DNA from: Treponema sp.
Lineage (GTDB): Bacteria; Spirochaetota; Spirochaetia; Treponematales; Treponemataceae
Assembly (NCBI GenBank): GCA_024696155.1
Contig: JAILHD010000035.1
Coordinates: 20,420-84,419 of the forward strand
Direction of reading: 5' to 3'
DNA: 64,000 nucleotides
Shown here: positions 45,170 to 55,210 of the stretch, one piece after another
How the letters are laid out: every line of letters starts with the position of its first letter
Numbering within the stretch: the first letter of the stretch is position 1
The notes under the pieces: model-generated
Told to the model about the DNA's origin: nothing
Database searches by the model: none
The model's input: only the letters and a program-made list of their open reading frames with translations
Position numbers and translations under genes: made by a program

Positions 45170-46288
45170 CTACTCAAATAGTTCATTCACAACATTTCTT
45201 GCAGGCTGCAAAGCTTGGCACATATCAGAAATCATCATACGTGTATAATATTCTGTCATTTCAGTTGAAGAATGTCCCACCATTTTTCTTACATCTTCTA
45301 CGGAAAATGCTGTTCTCATTTTCGTTACATAAGTAAAACGAAGTGAATGTGGCACAAACTTTTTTCCAGCAGTATTTACACCGCTTAATCTTAAAACTTT
45401 CTTAAAAGTATGTTCTAAATGACAGTTCGTATATGTTTTTTCTAAGTCATTTAAAAATAAAAAATCATTTGAAGTTAAACCTTTGAGATTAATATAGTTA
45501 ATAAGTTCAATTAAAATTTTATCTGGAATTGGAACACAACGTATTTTCTGGTCGTTTTCGTTTCCTTTTTTATTATAATTTGTACGTATTCCGTTTCTCT
45601 TTAAAAATCCATCTACAATTAGTACACCTTCTCGAATCTTTATTTGTCGTACCTGTAAAGCCCTAGCTTCTCCAAGTCTTAATCCGCAAGCTGATGTGAC
45701 GTAAAACAACAACCATTCTTTATATGAATCCCATAAGTTTTTATTAAAAATTAAATTAAGCTCTTGTTCCGTAAAAACGTCAGGTTTTCTTGAGTTTCGT
45801 GCAAATCTTTGAAATTTTGGTTTTTGAACTGGAGTTTTACATTTCCATATAGTTTCATCATAAATATTTCCAAAAGTTTCAAGATAGAAGTTTTTCCAAG
45901 AACCAGAATGAATATCATCTTCAAGAAGGTAATTTTCTATTTCTGAAATTTTTAATTCATTAATTTTTTTGTTTCCAAATGATTTTATAATTAATTCAAT
46001 AAACTGTCTTTTTTGTTGAATAGTATCTGCAGAAAGAGTTTTTCCAAACTTTTTAAGCCTTTTTAAATGTTCACTTTCACTCAAAAACATATCACTGGCA
46101 ATGTTTTTAATTAAGTATTGATTATCTAGTAATAGTCTTTTTTTGAAATTAGAAATAAATAACAAAGCATCTGATTCTGTTTTACATCCTTTGCAAGTTT
46201 TTACCCTCTTTTTTTCACCATCTTTGTATGTAAAATACCAAGATACTTTTTCTCCAGTAATTCTACTTAGAAGCTCAAAATCTTTCAT
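45170..46288 (-). CDS. Tyrosine recombinase / integrase
   Basis: GLRLGE (R), PHSLRFT (HxxR), VGHSS..MT..Y (H, Y); next to the tRNA. Confidence 0.93.
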   Translation of the reverse strand: MKDFELLSRITGEKVSWYFTYKDGEKKRVKTCKGCKTESDALLFISNFKKRLLLDNQYLIKNIASDMFLSESEHLKRLKKFGKTLSADTIQQKRQFIELIIKSFGNKKINELKISEIENYLLEDDIHSGSWKNFYLETFGNIYDETIWKCKTPVQKPKFQRFARNSRKPDVFTEQELNLIFNKNLWDSYKEWLLFYVTSACGLRLGEARALQVRQIKIREGVLIVDGFLKRNGIRTNYNKKGNENDQKIRCVPIPDKILIELINYINLKGLTSNDFLFLNDLEKTYTNCHLEHTFKKVLRLSGVNTAGKKFVPHSLRFTYVTKMRTAFSVEDVRKMVGHSSTEMTEYYTRMMISDMCQALQPARNVVNELFE

Positions 46289-46290
46289 AA

Positions 46291-46626
46291 TTACCTCATG
46301 TTATTTGTTAATTTATACAATTCATAATACGAATGAATTATGTTTTGTATCTGATTAATAAAACATGAAGGCAGAACAAGTAGTTCTTTGTTTGTGTTGG
46401 TAAGATTTTTTTTGTAATTATCCTCAGGTTTACCTGTAATTAAATACTCTACAGTTACATTAAGCTGCTCTGCAATTTTATAAGCTACATCAACTTTTGG
46501 TAACCTGTTTCTGGAATCAATATATGATAGAAAAGTGCTGTAAGGAATTTTTAGTTTTCCAGAAAATTCCTTTAATTGAATATTCTGAAAGAAAAGTTCA
46601 TCTTTTAAATTATCTCTAAAGTTCAT
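46291..46626 (-). CDS. XRE-family HTH regulator
   Basis: F...LK......LKEFS....IPYST..SY......P.V.VA.KIA..L.V.VEYL.TG pattern. Confidence 0.85.
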   Translation of the reverse strand: MNFRDNLKDELFFQNIQLKEFSGKLKIPYSTFLSYIDSRNRLPKVDVAYKIAEQLNVTVEYLITGKPEDNYKKNLTNTNKELLVLPSCFINQIQNIIHSYYELYKLTNNMR

Positions 46627-46660
46627 AGGAAAAATATATCATTAACGAAAAAAACAATGG

Positions 46661-46750
46661 TTGACAAAAACACTTTCATGATGTATTTTAAATTTAAACA
46701 TGACAAAACGAACGTTTTGAAAAATTTAATTCATCAAAACATTCGATTTG
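46661..46750 (+). promoter_or_regulatory. Outward-facing promoter with two operator-like inverted repeats
   Basis: TTGACA(46661)-17 nt-TATTTT; CAAAACGAACGTTTTG (46704-46719) and a 14/16 related copy (46735-46750). Confidence 0.5.
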
Positions 46751-46793
46751 CAAGAGAATAAAAAAGTTTATTTACTTATTCTGTAAGTAATTA

Positions 46794-46866
46794 TCGGGCA
46801 AGAGGGATTTGAACCCCCGACATCCTGGTCCCAAACCAGACGCGCTACCAGCTGCGCTATTGCCCG
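46794..46866 (-). tRNA. tRNA-Pro (TGG); ICE attachment site
   Basis: Reverse complement CGGGCAATAGCGCAGCTGGTAGCGCGTCTGGTTTGGGACCAGGATGTCGGGGGTTCAAATCCCTCTTGCCCGA folds as a cloverleaf with anticodon TGG; no encoded CCA. Confidence 0.97.
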
Positions 46867-46963
46867 TCGCATGTTTAATAATATATACCAAACAGAAATT
46901 TTAATCAATACCTTAAAGTGGATTTTTTTAAAATTTTTGCATTTTTTTTCAAAAATTTTTTGG

Positions 46964-48394
46964 TTAATTTATTACCTCTGCCAGGGCTTCTATCTCTCCA
47001 CCTTTAAGAATACGCTCTGGAAGAGCCTTTACAATGCGCAGGCGAACAGATTTATTAACAGTTAGAGGTACATCTGTTTTAATCTCGCAATGAATAAAGT
47101 TTTCTGTTACAGCATGATAAATCATTGTGCCAGACTTTGCGCTCAAAGCTAAAGGATGGCGGACTGTTTCCAAAATGGCAGAAAGTTCTTTTCCGGCAAA
47201 CTGATTTATATATTCAATTTTACTATTTATTGCAAAGTCAGTAATTTTTTTTGCCCGTTCCCCGCTTACACTCTGAGGCACTTTTGGCTTCATTGTTGCG
47301 GCAGGAGTACCAGGCCGTTCTGAATACGGAAATGCATGAATCCATGCAAATCCGCATTTTTTGCACAAATCCATAGTCTGTTCAAAATCTGCATCAGTTT
47401 CGCCGGGAAAGCCCGTAATAATATCGCAGGCAAGGAACGGAGAGTCTTTTGCAGCCCTTAACTTGTTGCAGGCATTCAGAACATCTTCTGCCTTGTATAC
47501 GCGATTCATACGCTGTAAAACATCATTGCTACCGCTCTGCACAGAAATGTGAAAATGAGGTCTTACACGCGGATTTTTAATAACACGACAGAATTCATCA
47601 TCAACAACTTCCGGATAAAGGCTTGAGATTCTAAAGGCAATTTTTTTTGTATTCTGTAAAAGGAATTCCAAAAGTCTTGTAAAATTATATACCTTGCCTT
47701 CATATTCTGCGCGATACTGACCAATATTTACAGTCGTAATGACAACTTCATCATTACCCTTATTTTCCAGCTCTAAAACGCGCTCCAGGGCCGTTTCTAC
47801 AGGTATAGAAACACTGTGCCCGCGCGCAATATGAATTGCACAATATGAACAGGCATTATTACATCCATCCTGAATTTTAATTGATGCTCTGGAATGAGAA
47901 ATAAACGATGTTGTTGAAAGGGTAAACGACTTTTCCGGAAAGCCCTGTTTTTCTGCAGCTGCAGAAGAAAGCTTTGTATTAATAAGGTTTGCAAAATCTG
48001 CTGCATCAAAGTTTTCTTTTGCTGTATTTTCTTTTAAGAGTGCAGGAACACCTGCAATACGGCTTTTAATCTGTCCGCCAAGAACTGCAATACGAGCGTC
48101 CATAGACTTAATTTCTTCTGGAGCAAGCTGAGCATAGCAGCCTGTTACAAGAACACATGCATTTGGATATTTTTTAAGTAAAAGGCGGATGATTCTTCTT
48201 GCCTTTTGTTCTGCTTTCTGGGTTACTGTACAGGTATTTAAAATACACAAAAGCGTTGCCAAATCTTCTTCTGTCTGATTTGTAACGCCCTTCATATCAA
48301 CGGAATAACCGCTGTCTATAAAAAATCTTGCCGCCGCCTCGCTTTCAATCTGATTAAGACGGCAGCCTAAAGTTTCTATTCTAATTTCACTCAC
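46964..48394 (-). CDS. mtaB: tRNA t6A37 methylthiotransferase (radical SAM)
   Basis: TLGCRLNQIES, NTCTVT..A, KIQDGCNNACSYC, DIITGFPGET. Confidence 0.9.
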   Translation of the reverse strand: MSEIRIETLGCRLNQIESEAAARFFIDSGYSVDMKGVTNQTEEDLATLLCILNTCTVTQKAEQKARRIIRLLLKKYPNACVLVTGCYAQLAPEEIKSMDARIAVLGGQIKSRIAGVPALLKENTAKENFDAADFANLINTKLSSAAAEKQGFPEKSFTLSTTSFISHSRASIKIQDGCNNACSYCAIHIARGHSVSIPVETALERVLELENKGNDEVVITTVNIGQYRAEYEGKVYNFTRLLEFLLQNTKKIAFRISSLYPEVVDDEFCRVIKNPRVRPHFHISVQSGSNDVLQRMNRVYKAEDVLNACNKLRAAKDSPFLACDIITGFPGETDADFEQTMDLCKKCGFAWIHAFPYSERPGTPAATMKPKVPQSVSGERAKKITDFAINSKIEYINQFAGKELSAILETVRHPLALSAKSGTMIYHAVTENFIHCEIKTDVPLTVNKSVRLRIVKALPERILKGGEIEALAEVIN

Positions 48395-48398
48395 AATA

Positions 48399-49022
48399 CT
48401 AATTCAACTTTGATGTAACACGCTCTCTTCCGCGTACTGCATCATATAAAGTAGAGTTCAGCTTTAAAGACTCATCATAAGCCAGCAAAGCTTCTTCGTA
48501 GTTACCAGCCATCTCGCGGGCATAACCTACTCTTGCCCACCAGCGGTCGCGGTTAGGCTCTTTTTTTACAGCCATAGAAAGAGAAATGTCTGCATGCTGG
48601 TATTTAGCCTGACGGATATAAATCTCTCCCATATAATAATAAGCAGCACCAATTCTGGCACCGTTTTCGCTTGCAGTTGCAGCATACTTCTGGAACTGTT
48701 CCAAAGCACCGTTGTTTTTTCCAAGATAGTATTTAGATTCGCCAAAGATTTCAATAAGACGCAAATCATAAGGGCTTATCTTTAAACCTGCTTCTGCACG
48801 CTGTTCTGCTTCTGCATACTGTTTATTTGCAACAAGTGACCAGCACAAAACAACATAAGAATCTACACGATTTGGATTATCTGCAATTTCCTGCTCACAA
48901 ACAACAATTGCATCCTTATAGTTTCCATTATGGTAAAGAACAAGTGCATCTTGTCTTACCTGGGCAAAAATATTAAACGCAAAAACTGAACAAACAATTA
49001 AAATTGATAAAACTTTTTTCAT
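48399..49022 (-). CDS. Secreted TPR-repeat protein
   Basis: Signal peptide from ATG 49022; TPR-like helical repeats. Confidence 0.85.
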   Translation of the reverse strand: MKKVLSILIVCSVFAFNIFAQVRQDALVLYHNGNYKDAIVVCEQEIADNPNRVDSYVVLCWSLVANKQYAEAEQRAEAGLKISPYDLRLIEIFGESKYYLGKNNGALEQFQKYAATASENGARIGAAYYYMGEIYIRQAKYQHADISLSMAVKKEPNRDRWWARVGYAREMAGNYEEALLAYDESLKLNSTLYDAVRGRERVTSKLN

Positions 49023-49036
49023 AAAATCCCCTCGCC

Positions 49037-49414
49037 TTATATAGAGTGATTTGCTGGAGTCTTCATTGTACACTTTCCGGTAAAAACACAACCTGGTTCA
49101 AGTACAACTTTTTCTGTTGTAATGTCGCCTTCGATTGAGCCTGAAGATGTAACAAAAATCATTTTATTTCCGATTACATTTCCGCAAACCTTGCCGCGAA
49201 CAAGAATGCGTTCTGCCTTAATGTCGGCATTTACAACTGCATTAGAGTCGATTACAAGGTCGCTTTCGCTGGAAATTGTACCGTTTACCTTACCATGAAT
49301 CATAAAGGTAGTTTTGGTTTTGATATTTCCAGTAAAGAGAATGTCGTCTTCTATGATATTTTTAAAAGACTCTTCTTCCAAATCAAAAAAATCTGTATCT
49401 TTTACGTCAAACAT
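49037..49414 (-). CDS. Bactofilin (polymer-forming cytoskeletal protein)
   Basis: G.I......I.G.V.G.I beta-helix repeats, LEPG..FTG.C.M ending. Confidence 0.88.
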   Translation of the reverse strand: MFDVKDTDFFDLEEESFKNIIEDDILFTGNIKTKTTFMIHGKVNGTISSESDLVIDSNAVVNADIKAERILVRGKVCGNVIGNKMIFVTSSGSIEGDITTEKVVLEPGCVFTGKCTMKTPANHSI

Positions 49415-49426
49415 AATTACAAACGG

Positions 49427-50566
49427 CTATCTGCCCATCTCCGTGTAGTTTTTATTAATCCAGTCCTTATATGAACCGCTCTGAATGTGCTCTATCCAGC
49501 TTGAATTTGCAAGATACCAGTTTACAGTTTCCTGCAAGCCTTCTTCAAAAGTCATAAGGCGCTTCCAGCCAAGCTTTGTCTTGATTTTTGTGCAGTCAAT
49601 GGCATAGCGCTTGTCGTGCCCTGGCCGGTCCTTAACGTAAGTAATTGTTTTTTCTACATCGCTAACCTTTTTTCCGGTTGCAGCAGCAGTAAGTTCAATT
49701 ACTTTATGAAGCAGTTTGATATTCTGCCATTCGTTTTCACCGCCAATGTTGTATTTTTCGCCTGTTACGCCATTTTTTACAATCAGCCATACAGCGCGGT
49801 TATGATCTTCTACATAAATCCAGTCGCGGATATTATCGCCCTTACCGTAAACAGGAAGATTTTTTCCCTCTTTGATATTAGAAATCATAAGTGGAAGAAG
49901 TTTTTCCGGGAACTGATAAGGTCCATAGTTGTTTGTACAGTTTGAAAGTGTAATTGGAAGTCCGTAAGTATGGAAGTATGCCATTACAAGATGGTCTGAA
50001 CTTGCCTTTGAAGAAGAATAAGGACTTCTTGGGTCGTAAGGAGTGTCCTCGCGGAAGTAACCAGTCTCTCCAAGAGAACCATAAACTTCATCAGTTGAAA
50101 TATGATGAAAAAGCACGTCATCACGAATGCTTCCGTCTTCTTTTTTCCAGTAATTGCGGGCAACGTCCAGCATTGTAAAGGTTCCCATTACGTTAGTCTT
50201 TACAAAGGCTTCCGGCCCAAGAATAGAACGGTCTACATGACTTTCTGCGGCAAAATGAACAACAGTATCAATATCATACTGCTTAAAAATGCGTTCAATC
50301 TGTTCGCGGTCGCAGATATCAACCTTTTCAAAAAAATATCGCTGATTTTTACCTGCAGCCTTGCCAAATTTTTGTTCTACATCAGAAAGACTTTCAAGGT
50401 TTCCTGCATAAGTAAGACAGTCAACATTTACAACTGTGCCGTCAAACGCAGCGTCGCTAAAAAGATTATTTTTTGCGGAAGAAAGTCCAAAAAGATAATG
50501 AATAAAATTTGAGCCGATAAATCCTGCTCCACCGGTAATCAGAACATTTTTTAATTTTCTACCCAT
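49427..50566 (-). CDS. rfbB: dTDP-glucose 4,6-dehydratase
   Basis: TGGAGFIGSNF, LTYAGN, AAESHVDRS, STDEVYG, YSSSK, DRPGHD.RYA. Confidence 0.95.
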   Translation of the reverse strand: MGRKLKNVLITGGAGFIGSNFIHYLFGLSSAKNNLFSDAAFDGTVVNVDCLTYAGNLESLSDVEQKFGKAAGKNQRYFFEKVDICDREQIERIFKQYDIDTVVHFAAESHVDRSILGPEAFVKTNVMGTFTMLDVARNYWKKEDGSIRDDVLFHHISTDEVYGSLGETGYFREDTPYDPRSPYSSSKASSDHLVMAYFHTYGLPITLSNCTNNYGPYQFPEKLLPLMISNIKEGKNLPVYGKGDNIRDWIYVEDHNRAVWLIVKNGVTGEKYNIGGENEWQNIKLLHKVIELTAAATGKKVSDVEKTITYVKDRPGHDKRYAIDCTKIKTKLGWKRLMTFEEGLQETVNWYLANSSWIEHIQSGSYKDWINKNYTEMGR

Positions 50567-50575
50567 TCTTCTATT

Positions 50576-51226
50576 TTAGCACATTTTCATGTGGGGTGGA
50601 AGTTCTATTTCAAACACCTGCTCCTTACCGTTCAAAGGGAGCGTAAGCCGCACCGATGCCAGTAAAAGCTGTTTTATCTTCAAAGATTTTTTTAATGCCT
50701 TATTCAGCTTAAAATTACCATGCTGATCATCACCCGCAATCGGACAGCCGTTTTTTGCAAGATGAATACGAATCTGATGCATACGTCCTGTTTCCAGTTT
50801 TAGACGTATTACAGAAAGAGTTATATTTTCAAAGCCTTCAATTTCTGTCTGAACCTGTTTTTCCTGCTCCACAGTATAATATGTAACGGCGGATTTTTCG
50901 CATCCGTGCTGGGTAACGGTTTCTGTAATCACGCCTTTTTTCTGCTTCATAGTTCCGGCACAGATTGCAATGTATTCTTTTTTTACGATTTTTGAAGAAA
51001 TTAATTTTGTCCACCTGGCAGCTGCAAACGGAGTTTTTGCAACAATCATAAGTCCGCTTGTGTCTTTGTCCAGACGATGAACAAGAAAAACTTTACAGCC
51101 AACTTGCTTTGCAAAATCATTATCAAGAGAGTGTGTTACCCCCTGTCCGCCCTGAACGCTTAGCCCTGCAGGCTTATTAATCATATAAATTTCTTCATCT
51201 TCATATAAAACAGGAATAGAATTCAT
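50576..51226 (-). CDS. RluA-family pseudouridine synthase
   Basis: INKPAG, VHRLDKDTSG, TGRMHQIR.H, GD..HG. Confidence 0.92.
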   Translation of the reverse strand: MNSIPVLYEDEEIYMINKPAGLSVQGGQGVTHSLDNDFAKQVGCKVFLVHRLDKDTSGLMIVAKTPFAAARWTKLISSKIVKKEYIAICAGTMKQKKGVITETVTQHGCEKSAVTYYTVEQEKQVQTEIEGFENITLSVIRLKLETGRMHQIRIHLAKNGCPIAGDDQHGNFKLNKALKKSLKIKQLLLASVRLTLPLNGKEQVFEIELPPHMKMC

Positions 51227-51255
51227 CCGAAATATAATAATAAAGGAAACCTAAA

Positions 51256-52428
51256 ATGACAACAAAACTTTCTAAAAAATTTATTGCTCTTTTTACTGCT
51301 GTTTTATTTTGTTTTTGTACTTTTGCAGAACCTGTAATTGACGAAACCTTTGGCTATGCACTTGATATTCCAGAAGGCTACGAACTTACTGCAACCACAA
51401 ATGATAATCTTAGCTATGCCTTCAATCATAAAAATCTGCCTGTAACACTGGCTGTAAAGATTTATGACAGCACAGAAGAGGCCCACAGCGTTTTGCAGAC
51501 AGCCTTGCAGAAAATCGGCTCTAAGGATGAAGCTGGAAGTTTTGATTGGAACAAGAACCTTTGTGCAATTTCTAAAGTGAACTTTGCACTTTCTGACGGT
51601 CAGGAATTCGGCGGCTGGGCTGTGTGCGCTCCAACAAAGTTAAAAGGATATTTTTTAACCCTGCTATGTTATGCTCCAAAGTCGATTTCTGACAGATGTG
51701 ATTATTTTATTATGTCTACTCTGAATTCCCTGCAGATTGGAGATAGCAAATCAACCGGAATTATTACTGATTTTGCATATCCAAAACAAGGAAAACAGGA
51801 TGTGCAGCTTACAATTGGTGGAAAAAAAATTAAAACCACAATTGATAAAAGCGATGCAGAAGCTGCAGGATTTGTTGTTAATATTGAATTTGCAGTTCTT
51901 TCAATGTACGCAAATCATCCAAAAAAAGTGGAGGCATGGAAACGCTACTACCGCCTTATTTACCGCGACAGTTATGCACGTTTACACCATGTAAGTGATG
52001 ATATTTACAAAGCCCTTTCCACCGACATAAAAGCAAAATATCCAAACAATAGTAAACTGGGGTACGCACAGACACTTTTAAGCTGGGTTCAGACTTTTGA
52101 TTACAAACGTGCAAAAGAAAAAACAAGTTCAGACTTTACACCACTCCCAGCAATTCTAACCGGAGAAGGCAGCGACTGCGACAGCCGATCTATGCTTGTA
52201 AGTTTAATGCTTAATGCTAAAAAGATTCCGTCTGTACTTCTTTTAAGTCCAGCTTACTCGCACGCCATGACAGGAACAGAAATAAAAGCACCTGGGCAGA
52301 CCTTTGTAAATACAGAAACTAACAAAGAATATTTAATGGGAGAAACAACCGCAAAAGTTACCTGGGGCACAATCGCCCAGGACCACGCAGACAAGACCAA
52401 GTGGTTTGCAATTGAACTTGATAATTAG
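51256..52428 (+). CDS. Secreted hypothetical protein with a transglutaminase-like C-terminal motif
   Basis: Signal peptide; SDCDSRS...HAM...ETT catalytic-triad-like spacing. Confidence 0.65.
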   Translation: MTTKLSKKFIALFTAVLFCFCTFAEPVIDETFGYALDIPEGYELTATTNDNLSYAFNHKNLPVTLAVKIYDSTEEAHSVLQTALQKIGSKDEAGSFDWNKNLCAISKVNFALSDGQEFGGWAVCAPTKLKGYFLTLLCYAPKSISDRCDYFIMSTLNSLQIGDSKSTGIITDFAYPKQGKQDVQLTIGGKKIKTTIDKSDAEAAGFVVNIEFAVLSMYANHPKKVEAWKRYYRLIYRDSYARLHHVSDDIYKALSTDIKAKYPNNSKLGYAQTLLSWVQTFDYKRAKEKTSSDFTPLPAILTGEGSDCDSRSMLVSLMLNAKKIPSVLLLSPAYSHAMTGTEIKAPGQTFVNTETNKEYLMGETTAKVTWGTIAQDHADKTKWFAIELDN

Positions 52429-52445
52429 ACACGCATAGCGCGGAT

Positions 52446-52479
52446 AAAAAAAAGACGGCTCATACGAACCGTCTTTTTT
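52446..52479. terminator. Bidirectional terminator
   Basis: AAAAAAGACGG...CCGTCTTTTTT between convergent genes. Confidence 0.8.
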
Positions 52480-52485
52480 ATTTAT

Positions 52486-53133
52486 TTAAGCCTTCAATAA
52501 AAGGTCGTAAACTTCTTTTTCTGTAGCAGCCTGAGTCATTGCCTGTCTAAGGTCGCTCTTCTTAAGTTTTGCACTAAAGTGTGAAATTGTCTTAAGATAG
52601 TAGGAATGCTGGTTATAAGCAGCAGCAATCATGAACAAAAGATTTACTTTTTCATCATCAATTGTCTGGAAATCTTCCAAAGGCTTTTTACAAACGCCAA
52701 CAGCCATTACAAGGTCTGTAACAGAAGAAAGACGAACGTGAGGAATAGCAATTCCACGGCCAATTGCTGTAGACATCAATTCTTCGCGTTTAAGGATTTC
52801 TGTTGTAAGTTCCTGTTCGTTTTTAACCTGAGGAGCTGTTGCAAGAACCTGTGCAAGTTCTACAAGAGCGTCATGCTTAGTTGTGTGATTGATAAAAATT
52901 ACACGCTCAGGAGAAAGTACGTTTCTTACCTGAACCTGAATCTGTGCCTGTTTAGAAGTATCTGAAGAAAGGCGGGCATTTACCCAGTTTTCTACTTCAG
53001 ATTTCTTAAAGCGCCATACTGTTCCAATTTTACCGGCTGGAATTTCGCCCTTCTGAGCCCAATCATAAACTGTTCTATCTGATACACGAAGATATTTTGC
53101 AACTTCTTCAATTGTAAGGATATCGTCTTCCAC
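52486..53133 (-). CDS. Excisionase-like HTH fused to PTS EIIA (nitrogen/fructose type)
   Basis: LTIEEVAKYLRVS..TVY..A..G.IPA.KIG..WRF; RE...STAIG.GIAIPH. Confidence 0.9.
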   Translation of the reverse strand: MEDDILTIEEVAKYLRVSDRTVYDWAQKGEIPAGKIGTVWRFKKSEVENWVNARLSSDTSKQAQIQVQVRNVLSPERVIFINHTTKHDALVELAQVLATAPQVKNEQELTTEILKREELMSTAIGRGIAIPHVRLSSVTDLVMAVGVCKKPLEDFQTIDDEKVNLLFMIAAAYNQHSYYLKTISHFSAKLKKSDLRQAMTQAATEKEVYDLLLKA

Positions 53134-53262
53134 GACGCGCCCCCTCTATATTCATTTTTATTAAATTCAATTTGAAAACTTTAGAATATTTTGCATACTT
53201 TACGCTTTTTTGTCAATGATTTTTAAGTTGAGATAATTACTAAATTATAGTAAATTAATAAT

Positions 53263-54327
53263 ATGAATGATACAAAATCTCGTGTTCCACTTTTTATAAC
53301 TATTGCACTCATTTTTTCTATCGCATATCTGATTTTTGCAGCAAAAAAACTCCCAAAAGAATATCAGTTCCAGCCAATCTGGAAAATCAATATAACAAAA
53401 CAAATTACAGAATTAAAAGAAGGTCAGAAGCAGCATTACTTCCGTCTTGGAAACAACCTTGGCTATTTTACAGAAGACGGAAACATCACTCTTTACAAAA
53501 ATTTTCCTCACCTTGCTTCAATTTCTAACGAGTATTTTACCATTTATAATAATTACGCAAAAAACACAACTTTTTACGAAAATAACGGAAGCGCAAAAGG
53601 CGTAATCAATTTTGAAGGCCTTCCATACATTGTAGAAAACCGCATTTACGTTATGCTTCCAGGCGGAACTTCATTTATAAAATGCAATACAGACGGTAAC
53701 GCAGACTGGCATTACGAAGGCATTCTGCCAATCACAGCGTTCAGCTCGCAGGATAAATATACTGCAGTTGGTTTTGCAGACGGTTCAATCAGCATTTTTA
53801 ATAACGATACAGGAACTGCAGAAATTGAATTCTCTCCAGGCGGAAGTGATTTCCCAGTAATTCTTGGAATTGATATTTCTGACAGCGGAGATTACATTGC
53901 AGCCGTTTGTGGTCACAACAAACAGCGCTTTGTACTGGCACATCGCGAAGAAAATCAGCCTAAAATCATTTATCATACTTTTTTAGATACAAAAGGTGCA
54001 AATCAGAGCCTTGTTCACTTTTGCAATGACAACAGCCGTGTAATCTATACATTTGAAAAAAATATCGGTATTTATGATTACAAACAGAATCAGAATAATA
54101 TAATTCCAATTAACTCAAAAATTATTTCTATAAGAGAATCTGACACTTTGATTTTCCTTTTAGGCAAAAACGGCAGTGAATATTCAGTTTATATTCTGGA
54201 AAAAACAAATACTCTGGAAGGAAGTTTTAGTTTTAAAGCAGAAACCGCCTTTATTCAGACAGGAAAAAATTCTTTATACGTAGGAAAAGACGATTCGATC
54301 TCTAAGATTTCTTTAGAAAGGAAATAA
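53263..54327 (+). CDS. Membrane-anchored beta-propeller-like protein
   Basis: N-terminal TM followed by beta-rich repeats. Confidence 0.65.
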   Translation: MNDTKSRVPLFITIALIFSIAYLIFAAKKLPKEYQFQPIWKINITKQITELKEGQKQHYFRLGNNLGYFTEDGNITLYKNFPHLASISNEYFTIYNNYAKNTTFYENNGSAKGVINFEGLPYIVENRIYVMLPGGTSFIKCNTDGNADWHYEGILPITAFSSQDKYTAVGFADGSISIFNNDTGTAEIEFSPGGSDFPVILGIDISDSGDYIAAVCGHNKQRFVLAHREENQPKIIYHTFLDTKGANQSLVHFCNDNSRVIYTFEKNIGIYDYKQNQNNIIPINSKIISIRESDTLIFLLGKNGSEYSVYILEKTNTLEGSFSFKAETAFIQTGKNSLYVGKDDSISKISLERK

Positions 54328-54329
54328 AT

Positions 54330-55190
54330 ATGAAAAAATTACTTACAATTGCACTTACATTTTCAGTTTTTTCAAATATTTTTGCATTTGACTGGCCAAC
54401 AAGCAAGATTGAAGCAGAGAAAATCACCACATATTTTGCCCAGAAAAGTGGAAACAGCATGGGAACCTTTGTTACCCTTAAAGAAACAGAAGAAGTTCTT
54501 AGTTCTGACAACGGAAACACACTGATTATTCTAGAAGATTCTAAAGATGATACAGATTTCTTTCCTTCTGCCTTAGGAACTGCTCTTATTGTACGTCATG
54601 ATGACAATCTGATTTCTGTTTATTCACATCTTAATAAAGACTCTATTAAAACTACAGATTATTCTTACAATATTTCTAAACATGAAGAAATTGCAAAAAC
54701 AGGAAACTCTGGTTTTGTAAAAGATGAAAACACACTTGAATTCCAGATTGTTGATGTAAAAGAAAAAAAGGCTATTAATCCGCTGCTTTTATTACCACAG
54801 CCTGCTCAGTTGCCTCCACTTTCTGTTTCTAACATAATAATCAAAAATAAAAACGGCGTTGCTTACGAAATGCAATATGCAAAAGCATTTATGGCAGGAA
54901 CTTATAAAATCTACTTTAAGCGAAATGAACTTGCCATGCCATTTAAGACTTCTATTTTGATTAACGGCGAACAGACTGATGAAATTTCTTATACTTCTCT
55001 TAATCAGGAAGACGGAAAATGCAACGTTACAGGAAAAAGAAACTATTCCAATGCAGAAATTTATCCTGATGAAAAACTTATGCTTGCCGGTGAAGCAGTT
55101 CTTAAACAGGGAAAAGCCACAATTTCTCTAATTTTTACAGACATAAAAGGTAGTTCAAGACAAATAAATTATAACGTTACAGTTCACTAA
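54330..55190 (+). CDS. Secreted M23-peptidase-like protein (degenerate)
   Basis: FDWP, LG..LIVRHDD...VYSHL, TGNSG; lacks HxH. Confidence 0.7.
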   Translation: MKKLLTIALTFSVFSNIFAFDWPTSKIEAEKITTYFAQKSGNSMGTFVTLKETEEVLSSDNGNTLIILEDSKDDTDFFPSALGTALIVRHDDNLISVYSHLNKDSIKTTDYSYNISKHEEIAKTGNSGFVKDENTLEFQIVDVKEKKAINPLLLLPQPAQLPPLSVSNIIIKNKNGVAYEMQYAKAFMAGTYKIYFKRNELAMPFKTSILINGEQTDEISYTSLNQEDGKCNVTGKRNYSNAEIYPDEKLMLAGEAVLKQGKATISLIFTDIKGSSRQINYNVTVH

Positions 55191-55210
55191 AAGTGTGATA
55201 GAATAAAATC

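Larger units (their letters stand above)
1..46793. mobile_element. Integrative conjugative element (right portion), integrated at the 3' end of tRNA-Pro; left end lies outside the window
   Basis: Tyrosine integrase and XRE gene abut the tRNA 3' end; VirB2/3/4/5/6/8/9/10/11, VirD4, relaxase, TopoIII and ArdC-like genes are present; housekeeping genes resume right after the tRNA; the element-specific palindrome was not seen beyond the tRNA. Confidence 0.92.

Noticed and set aside
49427-50566. rfbB as the start of a polysaccharide island
   Set aside because: No other rfb or glycosyltransferase genes are adjacent; it lies within a mixed housekeeping operon.
52486-53133. Excisionase-like HTH as part of a mobile element
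   Set aside because: It is fused to PTS EIIA in housekeeping context, about 6 kb outside the att site.
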